DNA of 35,232 nucleotides from positions 20,970,004 through 21,005,235 of the forward strand of contig NC_068986.1 in assembly GCF_001194135.2 (NCBI RefSeq). Direction: 5' to 3'. The translations under genes were made by a program, and so were the position numbers. Shown in pieces: positions 1 to 10,013 of this stretch; position 1 is the stretch's first letter, and each line of letters opens with the position of its first letter. The notes under the pieces were generated by a model, which saw nothing but the letters and a program-made list of their open reading frames with translations, was not told the origin of the DNA and searched no databases. Source of the DNA: Octopus bimaculoides. Its lineage: Eukaryota.

Positions 1-130
1 TTTCGGGATCGATAAATTAAGTACCACTGAAACATTGGGATTGATGTAATCGACTTAATCCCTTCTCCCAAATTTGAGGCCTTCTGCTTCCAGTAGAAAG
101 GGTTGTTATTATTATCATCATTATTATTAT
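1..130 (+). mobile_element. SINE family A, 3' part (head lies outside the window), with (ATT/CAT)n tail
   Basis: TTTCGGGATCGATAAATTAAGTACCA...GATGTAATCGACT matches the body of the fuller family A copies (reverse complement of 1659-1871 and 24327-24541). Confidence 0.75.
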
Positions 131-621
131 TGAGTGAGAGAGCAGTGCATGCCATCAAAGTGACACTGGGGCAATATATCCAATATATCCATCATGGCTA
201 CCCGTCTGATAAAGGTACACCAGGCACATGTGTGCGACATGGCGATCTCATATCAAAATAAACAGCGCATGACCTTGCAGGTAGGGCCCAGTTAGAATTT
301 TCTTCAGGCCGAGTAGCCCATCCCGCTCAAAAGGTCTCTGAATAAGTGTTGTTTAAGGATGATGAACAAAACATCATCTTTCCAGATGTGATTTATCCAA
401 ACTCCAAAGGATTCCTCTCAACACATGGCTATGGGGCTACCCTACTACTTCTGCTCATGATCAAAGATGCACATATCGTCAGTCCCAAAGGGACATGCTC
501 AACTGGTTAAGGTCAAGCAACTGACAAACAAATCTGTGGTTCTGAGCAGAATATCTGCTGTAGCCTATCTTTTATACCAAGACAAAACAATGTACACTAT
601 AACACTTCCAATCAGTTAAGA
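121..621 (-). mobile_element. Unclassified dispersed repeat, probably a 5'-truncated retroelement 3' end with (AAT)n tail
   Basis: The minus strand ends ...GCACTGCTCTCTCACTCAATAATAAT. Recognised from memory as an abundant octopus repeat. No ORF seen; class is inferred. Confidence 0.4.
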
Positions 622-747
622 AAAGTGGGCTATTCCACTACTGATAAATAGTGGACTGATACAGTCAGTAGGGTCAGTCGGCGAGGTATGCCGTACGAGT
701 CAGTCACACAAAGACCAAATACGTCGTCATAATGCGGGACATATCAG

Positions 748-759
748 TGGCGACGAGGA
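748..759 (+). other. Primer-binding site complementary to the 3' end of tRNA-Ser(GCU)
   Basis: TGGCGACGAGGA is the reverse complement of ...UCCUCGUCG-CCA, the metazoan tRNA-Ser(GCU) 3' end. It lies 1 nt after the LTR-terminal CA. Confidence 0.75.
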
Positions 760-847
760 GTCGAACTACACGCGGTGGAAGATAAGACACAACACAAATG
801 GACGGTGCAAGAAGACACAACAACCACACACAGTGAAAAATAATATA

Positions 848-963
848 AATCCGTTCAAAGGATTTTAGTCAGGTCGCTATATGTTAGTAGTGCTACGGAT
901 AAACAATGTAGACTGGTACTACCTGCGGCATTCTGAAGAGAAAAATAATTCTGTGTGGAAGAA

Positions 964-1013
<50 letters not shown>

Positions 1014-1480
1014 GTCCGTGTGAAGGATTCTCGTCAGGTCGCTATGTGTTAGTAGTGCTACCAATAAATAATGTAGACTGGTACTACCTGCGGCATTTTG
1101 AAGAGAAAAATAATTCTGTGTGGAAGAAAAAATATATAAATTCTATTGAAAAAGATTGAGAAGAAAAATTGGCTGATAAAGCTGGAACTCTAATACAGGA
1201 CTGAACTACATACAGCGAAAAATAATGCAAATCCGTGTGAAGGATTTAAGTTAGGTCGCTATGTGTTAGTAGCGCTACCGGTAAACGATGTAGACTGGTG
1301 CTTCCTGCGGCATTCTGAAGAAAAAATAATTCTGTATGGAAGAAAAAAATAATAATAATAAATCTGTCTGAAGGATTTTAGTCAGGTCGCTATGTGTTAG
1401 TAGCGCTATAGGTAAACGATGTATACTTGTACTAACTGCGGCATTCTGAAGAAAAGAATAATAATGTGTGGAGAAATAAT
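848..1480 (+). repeat. Four tandem ~115-bp units inside the LTR element, separated by A/AAT-rich spacers
   Basis: Units start at ~848, ~1012, ~1229 and ~1361. All carry GAAGGATT...AGGTCGCTATGTGTTAGTAG(T/C)GCTA...GTAGACTGGT...CTGCGGCATTCTGAAGA with small variations. (AAT)n at 964-1013. Confidence 0.95.
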
Positions 1481-1500
1481 ATATATTAGAAAAAAATCTC

Positions 1501-1511
1501 AAAGGAGGGAG
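1501..1511 (+). other. Polypurine tract (plus-strand primer) of the LTR element
   Basis: AAAGGAGGGAG is directly followed by TGAGAAG, the start of the 3' LTR. Confidence 0.7.
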
Positions 1512-1658
1512 TGAGAAGTGAGCTGTTCCACTACTGATGAATAGTGGACAGATACAGTAAGCAGGGTCAGTCGGTGAGGTACGCCGTACGGTCCAGTCAC
1601 GCAGACGACCAAATGCGTCGTCATAATGCGGGACATATTATTATTATTATTATTATTA

Positions 1659-1871
1659 TACTCTACTCTAGACACAAGGCCCGAAATTTTGGGGGTGGGA
1701 GTCAGTCGATTAGATCGACCCCAGTACGCAACTGGTGCTCAATTTATCAACCCCGAAAGGATGAAAGACAAAGTCGACCTCGGCGGAATTTGAACTCAGA
1801 ACGTAAAGACAGACGAAATACCGCTAAGTATTTCGCTCGGCATGCTAATGTTTCTGCCAGCTCAACGCCTT
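1659..1871 (-). mobile_element. tRNA-derived SINE family A, full length, flanked by (TTA)n
   Basis: Minus strand has an A-box-like GAGCTGGCAGAAACATTAG, B-box GAGTTCAAATTCC, body CTTTCATCCTTTCGGGGTTGATAAATT and tail ...CTTGTGTCTAGAGTAGAG. Confidence 0.9.
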
Positions 1872-2064
1872 ATTATTATTATTATTGTTCAGTAGTTTTA
1901 TTTTTATAACGTGCTTTCACTTCACTACCGAGCGCAGCTCTGTGCGCCTTGGGTATGTGCTGTGGTTTGCTGTGGTGCTTTTATGTTTACTGTATTGAAA
2001 GTGTTTTGCGTAGAATGTGTGCAGTACCCAGTAGTGCAATTTTCTGTATGTTATATATATTTGT
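1871..2064 (-). mobile_element. R4/Dong-like non-LTR retrotransposon 3' fragment 1 (C-terminus, 3'UTR, (TAA)n)
   Basis: Minus strand 2064->1987 reads TNIYNIQKIALLGTAHILRKTLSIQ*, the QK-x-x-LLGTA-x-ILR C-terminal motif of R4-clade REL elements. ~100-bp UTR, then TAA repeats at 1871-1886. Confidence 0.8.
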
Positions 2065-2496
2065 TACATTATTTTTCTTCCATGTTTTATATGTATGTGT
2101 TGTTGCGTTTTCGTTTTTTGGGTAGAGTACTGCTGTGAAATAGGCGTGTAGGATCGAAATGTGTTCTTCACGTGTCCATTTATGCCGTTTTGGTTTTGTT
2201 TGCGGGACATGAGGAACAACGTCCGGCCCTTTATTTTGACGGTCATCGTTTTCGTAGGGNNNNNNNNNNNNNNNNNNNNNNNNNNNNNNNNNNNNNNNNN
2301 NNNNNNNNNNNNNNNNNNNNNNNNNNNNNNNNNNNNNNNNNNNNNNNNNNNNNNNNNNNNNNNNNNNNNNNNNNNNNNNNNNNNNNNNNNNNNNNNNNNN
2401 NNNNNNNNNNNNNNNNNNNNNNNNNNNNNNNNNNNNNNNNNNNNNNNNNNNNNNNNNNNNNNNNNNNNNNNNNNNNNNNNNNNNNNNNNNNNNNNN

Positions 2497-2555
<59 letters not shown>

Positions 2556-2558
2556 TTA

Positions 2559-2605
<47 letters not shown>

Positions 2606-2632
2606 CATCATTATTATTATTATTATTATTAT

Positions 2633-2703
<71 letters not shown>
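2497..2703. repeat. (TTA)n microsatellite, ~200 bp, abutting an assembly gap
   Basis: Directly visible; it produces the poly-L and poly-I pseudo-ORFs. Confidence 0.99.
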
Positions 2704-2705
<2 letters not shown>

Positions 2706-2910
2706 ATTCTTAGCTATCCACAGCCAGCAGACTAAGGTGACACTTGTCTACTGGTCAGGCTTCAAAAACCCTGCGAAGAATTCTTGCAGTTCCAAGCAAT
2801 GCTGATTTTTGTAGGTGTTCTACCTTTACACTTGCTCCAATCTTTTTCAGCCATGTTGGTAGTGAGTGCTGATACTTCCAAGTGCACCAATTACTATTGG
2901 TATTCTTTTT
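2700..2910 (-). mobile_element. R4/Dong-like 3' fragment 2
   Basis: Minus strand 2903->2755 reads IPIVIGALGSIST(frameshift)LPTWLKKIGASVKVEHLQKSALLGTARILRRVFEA*. A ~50-bp UTR runs into the (TAA)n array. Confidence 0.85.
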
Positions 2911-3200
2911 AACTCAGGTTTTGTTGGAACTCCTGGATTCTTCCATGCGTATCAGGCTTGCTACCTGCATCCTACAGTACCATGTTATCCGTTCTTTTCA
3001 ACCGTCTAATATTTCCTGATTAGTTTGGCTGTGCTAAAGAGGCAAACCTTTTGTAGGACTTCTGCTGGGCACCCTATTCCGATTTTCTTTACATTCCTCT
3101 TGATGCCTTCTGATGCTGTCCCCAAGAATTCAACAATAATTGGCACTTTCTTTACCTACTTCATTTTCCATACCCGTGTTATTTCGCACTTTAAAAGGAT
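2911..3200 (-). mobile_element. R4/Dong-like 3' fragment 3 (more decayed)
   Basis: Minus strand 3200->3006 reads ILLKCEITRVWKMK*VKKVPIIVEFLGTASEGIKRNVKKIGIGCPAEVLQKVCLFSTAKLIRKY*, with an in-frame stop and a probable terminal frameshift. Confidence 0.75.
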
Positions 3201-3246
3201 TGTATTTATCTATCTTTTTCACCTTACAAACCTGACTATTCGTGGG

Positions 3247-3490
3247 AAGGCGGCGAACTGGCAGAGTAGTTAGCGCGCGGCAAAATGCTTAACGGCATTT
3301 CGTCCGTCTTTACGTTCTGAGTTCAAACGCCGCCTTGGTCGAGTTTGCCATTTATTCTTTCGGGGTCAGTAAAAAAAGTCCCAGTTCAGTGCTGGGGTCG
3401 CTGTAATCGACCAGCTTCCTCCTCTAAAATTTCAGCCCTTGTGCTTATAGTAAAAGGCTCATCATCATTATCATCTTCATCTTCATTATC
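3247..3490 (+). mobile_element. SINE family A, full length, diverged
   Basis: AAGGCGGCGAACTGGCAGAG (A-box region), GAGTTCAAAC (B-box), CTTTCGGGGTC body, (CAT)n tail. Confidence 0.85.
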
Positions 3491-4061
3491 GTTTATGCGG
3501 ACATATGATAAAAACAGCGCAAGTGAGAGACAGCATATATTTGTGTGTGTGCGTATGTGTACACGCGCGCTACGATATATATTATCGCGTATGTTTACAT
3601 ATCATTAGCATATTCCTGCGTGTAGCATGGCAAATAGTCAGAGAAATAATATATTGTAATGATGTTACTAGATTGCCCGTTGCAAATGTTATTATTATCA
3701 TTATTATAGTAATATTAGTCACCGTAGTGATAAAACATTACAAACCAGATATCAACAGTTGGTGAGATAATTAAGTTATCGTGCATCATGCAAAAGCCTT
3801 TCCATTGAAAATTAATTCTTCTTCTATTGATTTTAAGTGCTAACCCTCACCGTTTCCTTAGAAACATAATCTATAGATTGATATAGTGCGGACCTTTGAT
3901 TCTTGGGCTAACAAGTCGATCCCCAAATGATGTTAATTCCATTCTATTATTCATGATTATCTACATTCTGACATACATACGACTCGTTATTATAATAATA
4001 AAGGAAAATAACGTCAGTCATTTAATATTATACATAGGAAACACAGGCTCACTAAAATTAT

Positions 4062-4155
4062 ATATATGTATATATATATATTTGTATGTATGTATTAATG
4101 TATGCATGTATGTATTATTGTATGTATGTATGCATGTATGTATGTATGTATGTAT
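4062..4155. repeat. (TA)n/(TATG)n microsatellite
   Basis: Directly visible. Confidence 0.95.
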
Positions 4156-4334
4156 TATGTGAAGATGTATGTACATTTGTACATACGTGCATATATACGC
4201 ACATAAACATACAAGCGAATGCAGAGGGAGAACTATAATTATGGAATATGGTTTTTATCGATTGAATTCGTATTGCACATGCGTACACCAATAAGGAGGC
4301 CAGCATATGTGAATATACATAAATATACATACAT

Positions 4335-4584
4335 GTTATTTTATTCCTTTATTTGTTTCAGTCATTTGACTGAGGCCATGCTGGGGCACCGCCTTTAGTC
4401 GAACAAATCGACCCCAGGACTTATTCTTTTTAAGCCTAGTACTTATTCTATCGGTTTCTTTTGTCGAACCGCTAAGTGACGGGAACGTAAATACACCAGC
4501 ATCACTTGTCAAGCGATGTTGGCGGGGACAAACACAGACACACAAACATAAACACACACACAAGCATATTATATATATATATAT
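4335..4584 (-). mobile_element. SINE family B, 3' half, running into its internal (TA)n and a gap
   Basis: Reverse complement matches 12790-12990 (…CCCCAGCATGGCCTCAGTCAAATGACTGAAACAAAT). Confidence 0.9.
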
Positions 4585-5181
4585 NNNNNNNNNNNNNNNN
4601 NNNNNNNNNNNNNNNNNNNNNNNNNNNNNNNNNNNNNNNNNNNNNNNNNNNNNNNNNNNNNNNNNNNNNNNNNNNNNNNNNNNNNNNNNNNNNNNNNNNN
4701 NNNNNNNNNNNNNNNNNNNNNNNNNNNNNNNNNNNNNNNNNNNNNNNNNNNNNNNNNNNNNNNNNNNNNNNNNNNNNNNNNNNNNNNNNNNNNNNNNNNN
4801 NNNNNNNNNNNNNNNNNNNNNNNNNNNNNNNNNNNNNNNNNNNNNNNNNNNNNNNNNNNNNNNNNNNNNNNNNNNNNNNNNNNNNNNNNNNNNNNNNNNN
4901 NNNNNNNNNNNNNNNNNNNNNNNNNNNNNNNNNNNNNNNNNNNNNNNNNNNNNNNNNNNNNNNNNNNNNNNNNNNNNNNNNNNNNNNNNNNNNNNNNNNN
5001 NNNNNNNNNNNNNNNNNNNNNNNNNNNNNNNNNNNNNNNNNNNNNNNNNNNNNNNNNNNNNNNNNNNNNNNNNNNNNNNNNNNNNNNNNNNNNNNNNNNN
5101 NNNNNNNNNNNNNNNNNNNNNNNNNNNNNNNNNNNNNNNNNNNNNNNNNNNNNNNNNNNNNNNNNNNNNNNNNNNNNNNNN

Positions 5182-5411
5182 ATACAAAATGGGACAAGAA
5201 CGCAAAACATCCAGACAGTTAGGGACAACAAAACATCCAGACGGAAGATACAAAGGAAACAAGGACGGGTCATTCGGAGTTTTCTTTCCTCAGTCGAGTT
5301 CCAGATTATCTTTGCAATTTCGGAGGAAAGAAAACTGCGAATGACCCGTCCTTGTTATCTTTGTATCACCTAACTGTCTGGAAGTTTTTTCGTTCTTGTC
5401 CCATTTTGTAT
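5182..5411. repeat. Large imperfect palindrome: arms 5182-5291 and 5323-5411, 31-nt spacer
   Basis: ATACAAAATGGGACAAGAACG...GGACGGGTCATTCGGAGTTTTCTTTCCTC is matched by its reverse complement GAGGAAAGAAAACTGCGAATGACCCGTCC...CGTTCTTGTCCCATTTTGTAT. The right arm lacks ~20 bp present in the left arm. Confidence 0.95.
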
Positions 5412-5475
5412 TTTTTATATATAAAAACATGTAGCGGCGTACGTACAATTTGGTCTCTTATATATATACATATGC

Positions 5476-5476
<1 letters not shown>

Positions 5477-5515
<39 letters not shown>

Positions 5516-5535
5516 ACACACAAACATACACATAC
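5477..5535. repeat. (TATC)n followed by (CA)n microsatellite
   Basis: Directly visible. Confidence 0.95.
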
Positions 5536-5921
5536 ACACACACATGCTCGTGTGTGCGTGAGTGTGCTCGCGCACGCGAGTGTATTCTTATCTTTATTTG
5601 AAATAATACATGTTAATGAATAAGCACGTGTGTATGTATGTAATATCGATACCATGATACCATGCACCGTTATGAGAAGCAATAAGGCTGGTGCCTTGCA
5701 ATCGTTCTCTTGATGCATCTCTTCCCACCGGAAGTCAGATGGTCGATCGGTTGGTCGGTTGGTCGCTCTCCAAGTTCTTATTTTGTGCCTCCATGACTCC
5801 AGTTCCCAATCACGCACACACACATTACACATATACACGTGTTTGTACACTCACGTGCGTATGCGGGTGCACGCGTGTGTGTGAATTAGTGTGTATTATA
5901 TACATACATATGTATATATAT

Positions 5922-5969
<48 letters not shown>

Positions 5970-7542
5970 NNNNNNNNNNNNNNNNNNNNNNNNNNNNNNN
6001 NNNNNNNNNNNNNNNNNNNNNNNNNNNNNNNNNNNNNNNNNNNNNNNNNNNNNNNNNNNNNNNNNNNNNNNNNNNNNNNNNNNNNNNNNNNNNNNNNNNN
6101 NNNNNNNNNNNNNNNNNNNNNNNNNNNNNNNNNNNNNNNNNNNNNNNNNNNNNNNNNNNNNNNNNNNNNNNNNNNNNNNNNNNNNNNNNNNNNNNNNNNN
6201 NNNNNNNNNNNNNNNNNNNNNNNNNNNNNNNNNNNNNNNNNNNNNNNNNNNNNNNNNNNNNNNNNNNNNNNNNNNNNNNNNNNNNNNNNNNNNNNNNNNN
6301 NNNNNNNNNNNNNNNNNNNNNNNNNNNNNNNNNNNNNNNNNNNNNNNNNNNNNNNNNNNNNNNNNNNNNNNNNNNNNNNNNNNNNNNNNNNNNNNNNNNN
6401 NNNNNNNNNNNNNNNNNNNNNNNNNNNNNNNNNNNNNNNNNNNNNNNNNNNNNNNNNNNNNNNNNNNNNNNNNNNNNNNNNNNNNNNNNNNNNNNNNNNN
6501 NNNNNNNNNNNNNNNNNNNNNNNNNNNNNNNNNNTATATATAAAATTTTTTTTTTAGGGTATGGTAGATGAGTTCAGCAAAAATTTAGATTCAGGTGAAT
6601 ATGGCACTTAAGTTTAGGTACCCGGATTTAGTACGGTATTATCCATACAATTTCAGAGTAAATAAAATTAAAATAAGCAACAAGGATATCCAGAGGTAAT
6701 GCAGGAGCTGTAGAAAACGGTACAGTGAGGAAACTGTTGATTTGCTGATGAGCAATTCAATGCTGATCAGTTGGGTTTCTGTAGTCGATTAACAGTTTCT
6801 CGGGATTAACCTGGATAAAATAACTTAGTGTAACACATCTGAGCTATTCTAGTGTTGTTTAGCATATTGCAGTGTAATGTATTTTACTAGAATAGTGTAA
6901 TAACTATTATCCTATACGAGGGAAGTATTTTATAGTTCAGTGTAAGTTTAGTAGTGTGTGCAGCAGTGTAGAAGAGAATAATGTTATGTATTTTTGTAAA
7001 CACTGTAGTTGTTGGAGTGATTCCAATCAGTTCGTACTTGAAGTACATGTTAGTTTATGCATCATGGCCGCTACTTATTCCAATATTCCGATATTTTTCA
7101 TATTTAGCGCTTGATTTACTTCTTTTGTGGGAGATTTGTCTTTACGCCTGGCACTGCGTATTTGTAGGAACATTGCCAAACTGCAGTTGATACAGCATTT
7201 GTTGTTATTGTTGATGGTCATGTTGTTGTCGTCGTCGTCGTTTTTAGGTCGGCTGTTGTCGTTAAAATGGCAGCTACTACTGCACTAACTCCTTCCTTTG
7301 CATTTATACATATATACATGCCCCCCCACCACCACCACCACCATACACACAGACAAACACACAAATACACACACATACAAATATTGATTTGTTCCTTTTT
7401 CTGTATTGTCAATGCCGTTACTTTGGGGTTGGGGTAAAATGTTACCGAAGTTCTAATGAATCTTATGAAGCTATAATTAGTATTCACAACAATATCGCGT
7501 TCAAGCAGGATTGATTAAATTAGAGATAAGCTTCCAGTGTGC

Positions 7543-7555
7543 TGCTGAGTCAGCA
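7543..7555. promoter_or_regulatory. Perfect T-MARE (Maf recognition element) palindrome TGCTGAGTCAGCA
   Basis: Exact 13-bp match to TGCTGA(G/C)TCAGCA in apparently non-repetitive sequence. Function untested. Confidence 0.3.
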
Positions 7556-7697
7556 TTCCAATTTTGATTATTGAGTGACGCTATTTCACTTTACTTTAAC
7601 TGTTAATGTCTTTAGGAAAGTCATAAGTGTCATAACATCTCATTTCTCCTTGGGAAAGACATGGGTGCTATAATAATCCGTTCTACTCTACCTCTGT

Positions 7698-7927
7698 GGA
7701 GGCGCAATGGCCCAGTGGTTAGGGCAGCGGACTCGCGGTCATAGGATCGCGGTTTCGATTCTAAGACCGGGCGTTGTGAGTGTTTATTGAGCGAAAAACA
7801 CCTAAAAGCTCCACGAGGCTCCGGCAGGGGACGGCGGCGAACTCTGCTGTACTCTTTCACCACAACTTTCTCTCACACTTTCTTCCAGTTTCTGTTGTAC
7901 CTGTATTTCAAAGGGCCAGCCTTGTCA
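7698..7927 (+). mobile_element. SINE family C (tRNA-Arg-like head) with tail T1, truncated by a gap
   Basis: GGCGCAATGGCCCAGTGGTTAGGGCAGCGGACTCGCGGTCATAGGATCGCGGTTTCGATTC aligns to the tRNA-Arg(UCG) layout. It ends GTACCTGTATTTCAAAGGGCCAGCCTTGTCA. Confidence 0.85.
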
Positions 7928-9364
7928 NNNNNNNNNNNNNNNNNNNNNNNNNNNNNNNNNNNNNNNNNNNNNNNNNNNNNNNNNNNNNNNNNNNNNNNNN
8001 NNNNNNNNNNNNNNNNNNNNNNNNNNNNNNNNNNNNNNNNNNNNNNNNNNNNNNNNNNNNNNNNNNNNNNNNNNNNNNNNNNNNNNNNNNNNNNNNNNNN
8101 NNNNNNNNNNNNNNNNNNNNNNNNNNNNNNNNNNNNNNNNNNNNNNNNNNNNNNNNNNNNNNNNNNNNNNNNNNNNNNNNNNNNNNNNNNNNNNNNNNNN
8201 NNNNNNNNNNNNNNNNNNNNNNNNNNNNNNNNNNNNNNNNNNNNNNNNNNNNNNNNNNNNNNNNNNNNNNNNNNNNNNNNNNNNNNNNNNNNNNNNNNNN
8301 NNNNNNNNNNNNNNNNNNNNNNNNNNNNNNNNNNNNNNNNNNNNNNNNNNNNNNNNNNNNNNNNNNNNNNNNNNNNNNNNNNNNNNNNNNNNNNNNNNNN
8401 NNNNNNNNNNNNNNNNNNNNNNNNNNNNNNNNNNNNNNNNNNNNNNNNNNNNNNNNNNNNNNNNNNNNNNNNNNNNNNNNNNNNNNNNNNNNNNNNNNNN
8501 NNNNNNNNNNNNNNNNNNNNNNNNNNNNNNNNNNNNNNNNNNNNNNNNNNNNNNNNNNNNNNNNNNNNNNNNNNNNNNNNNNNNNNNNNNNNNNNNNNNN
8601 NNNNNNNNNNNNNNNNNNNNNNNNNNNNNNNNNNNNNNNNNNNNNNNNNNNNNNNNNNNNNNNNNNNNNNNNNNNNNNNNNNNNNNNNNNNNTACATCAT
8701 ATATCTAATACCACATCACTTTCTTTAATTTCAGTTTAAATTAAAATTTCCGACATTATCTACACACGCCCTGCCTGGTTGGAGATTACCTACCACTTGC
8801 AGATTATGGCTCTTGCATATTCGCTTCCTTAGAATGAGATGATATCTTAAACGCTACTACGGTAATCCTTTTAAATATTTCCATATGTTCAACTATTTTT
8901 TAATATAACAATACATTCACAGCCTACAACCACACCAACAAAAATTTTAAAGCAAAAAAGAATATGAACTTAGGTTGTCCTGCATGCATCTGCCTGTATT
9001 TCTATTTTTATTATTTATTCATCATTATTTCTTGAAGCTTATATTCACTGACCAAATTTTACAGCTTAAATTCAATTATATCAAGATTTGCGCAATGTGT
9101 AGTTGTTTAATAATGAGAGTAAATAAATGTTTAAATGACGTTTTGTTTTCTATATGGTTGTCTGTTTAATAAATATATTGACAGACATGAATTTTATGGT
9201 GAGTCAATGCTGAGCAACTGTGTAAAGCAATTTGGTGACAATATATACTGTATATGTAGGTCCTGGACAACTCATTTGTTGTCATGCAGAGAACAAGATA
9301 TATGTGAGTGCCAAAATCTAGGTTAACCATTTAATGACATTGTGTTCGTGTTTTACGTATAAAG

Positions 9365-9899
9365 CACGGTGGGGGAAAACTTTTTAGTGCGGCGGGCAAA
9401 ATTTACAAAGAAAAAAAAAGGTCTGCAGGTGGATCACAATTTCTAACTCTTATATCTGTGTAGATCTTGTATATATCTATGAGTAATTCGATATACATTA
9501 ATAAAGATAAATTTAACACATTGAATTAACGCGTAACCTCTTCATTAACACCGCCACTGAATTTAGGACATTTATATTACTTATGAGGTTTCTATATTTT
9601 TCAGCTAGAGTGTATTTGGGTCTCAAGGGGGTGGTATAAACTTAGCACTATGTGTTTTATAGTAAAAACAGAATTTCCATTCAAATGGCAATTAACGGAC
9701 GATTTTCTGTTCCAGTCTAACCGTTTTAAATCGTAGTGGAAACGCGACTTATGTCGCAAATAGGAATACGAATATTGTATAAATTTTATAATTGAAAAAT
9801 TTACTATATTTTGTACATACGAGTATATCAGCCCGTGGGCGAAATAAAATGGGTTTGCGGGCGCAATTACGCCCGCGGGCGGGGGTTTCCCCACCCCTG
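9365..9899. mobile_element. hAT-superfamily MITE (535 bp)
   Basis: Perfect 8-bp TSD GTATAAAG (9357-9364 and 9900-9907). Imperfect TIRs CACGGTGGGGGAAA / TTTCCCCACCCCTG. Subterminal GCGGGC/GCCCGC motifs. Confidence 0.9.
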
Positions 9900-10013
9900 G
9901 TATAAAGCAAGACAGCTTAGAAAAGCCCACTCTTTTCTTTTTCAACCGATTGTACAATTTCAGCTTCTTATAGCAACGATTATATTCCCAATGATTCATT
10001 TATGCATTTATAC

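Larger units (their letters stand above)
617..1640 (+). mobile_element. Non-autonomous LTR retrotransposon (TRIM-like): short LTRs, PBS, PPT, no coding capacity
   Basis: Direct repeats ~617-746 and 1512-1640, roughly 88% identical by eye. The 5' repeat ends ...ATATCA, then 1 nt, then TGGCGACGAGGA (748-759). Purine tract AAAGGAGGGAG (1501-1511) immediately precedes TG at the start of the 3' repeat. Confidence 0.8.

Noticed and set aside
881-1159. 92-aa ORF inside the LTR element
   Set aside because: It is tandem units plus poly-Ile from (AAT)n. No Gag, protease, RT or integrase motif, and the frame is not kept in units 3-4.
848-1480. Repeat-spacer pattern reminiscent of a CRISPR array
   Set aside because: Units are ~115 bp and diverged, spacers are mostly AAT runs, there are no cas genes, and the context is eukaryotic.
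2064-2246. 60-aa minus-strand ORF MTVKIKGRTL...
   Set aside because: No recognisable motif; truncated by a gap. Probably a fragment of another repeat, unclassifiable here.
7698-7770. tRNA-like sequences at SINE heads (also 12606, 17350-17416, 22880-22954)
   Set aside because: No acceptor-stem closure, and they continue into SINE bodies; not tRNA genes.
9260-9309. Possible 44-nt exon (AG...GTGAGT)
   Set aside because: No polypyrimidine tract, no recognisable peptide, no partner exons.
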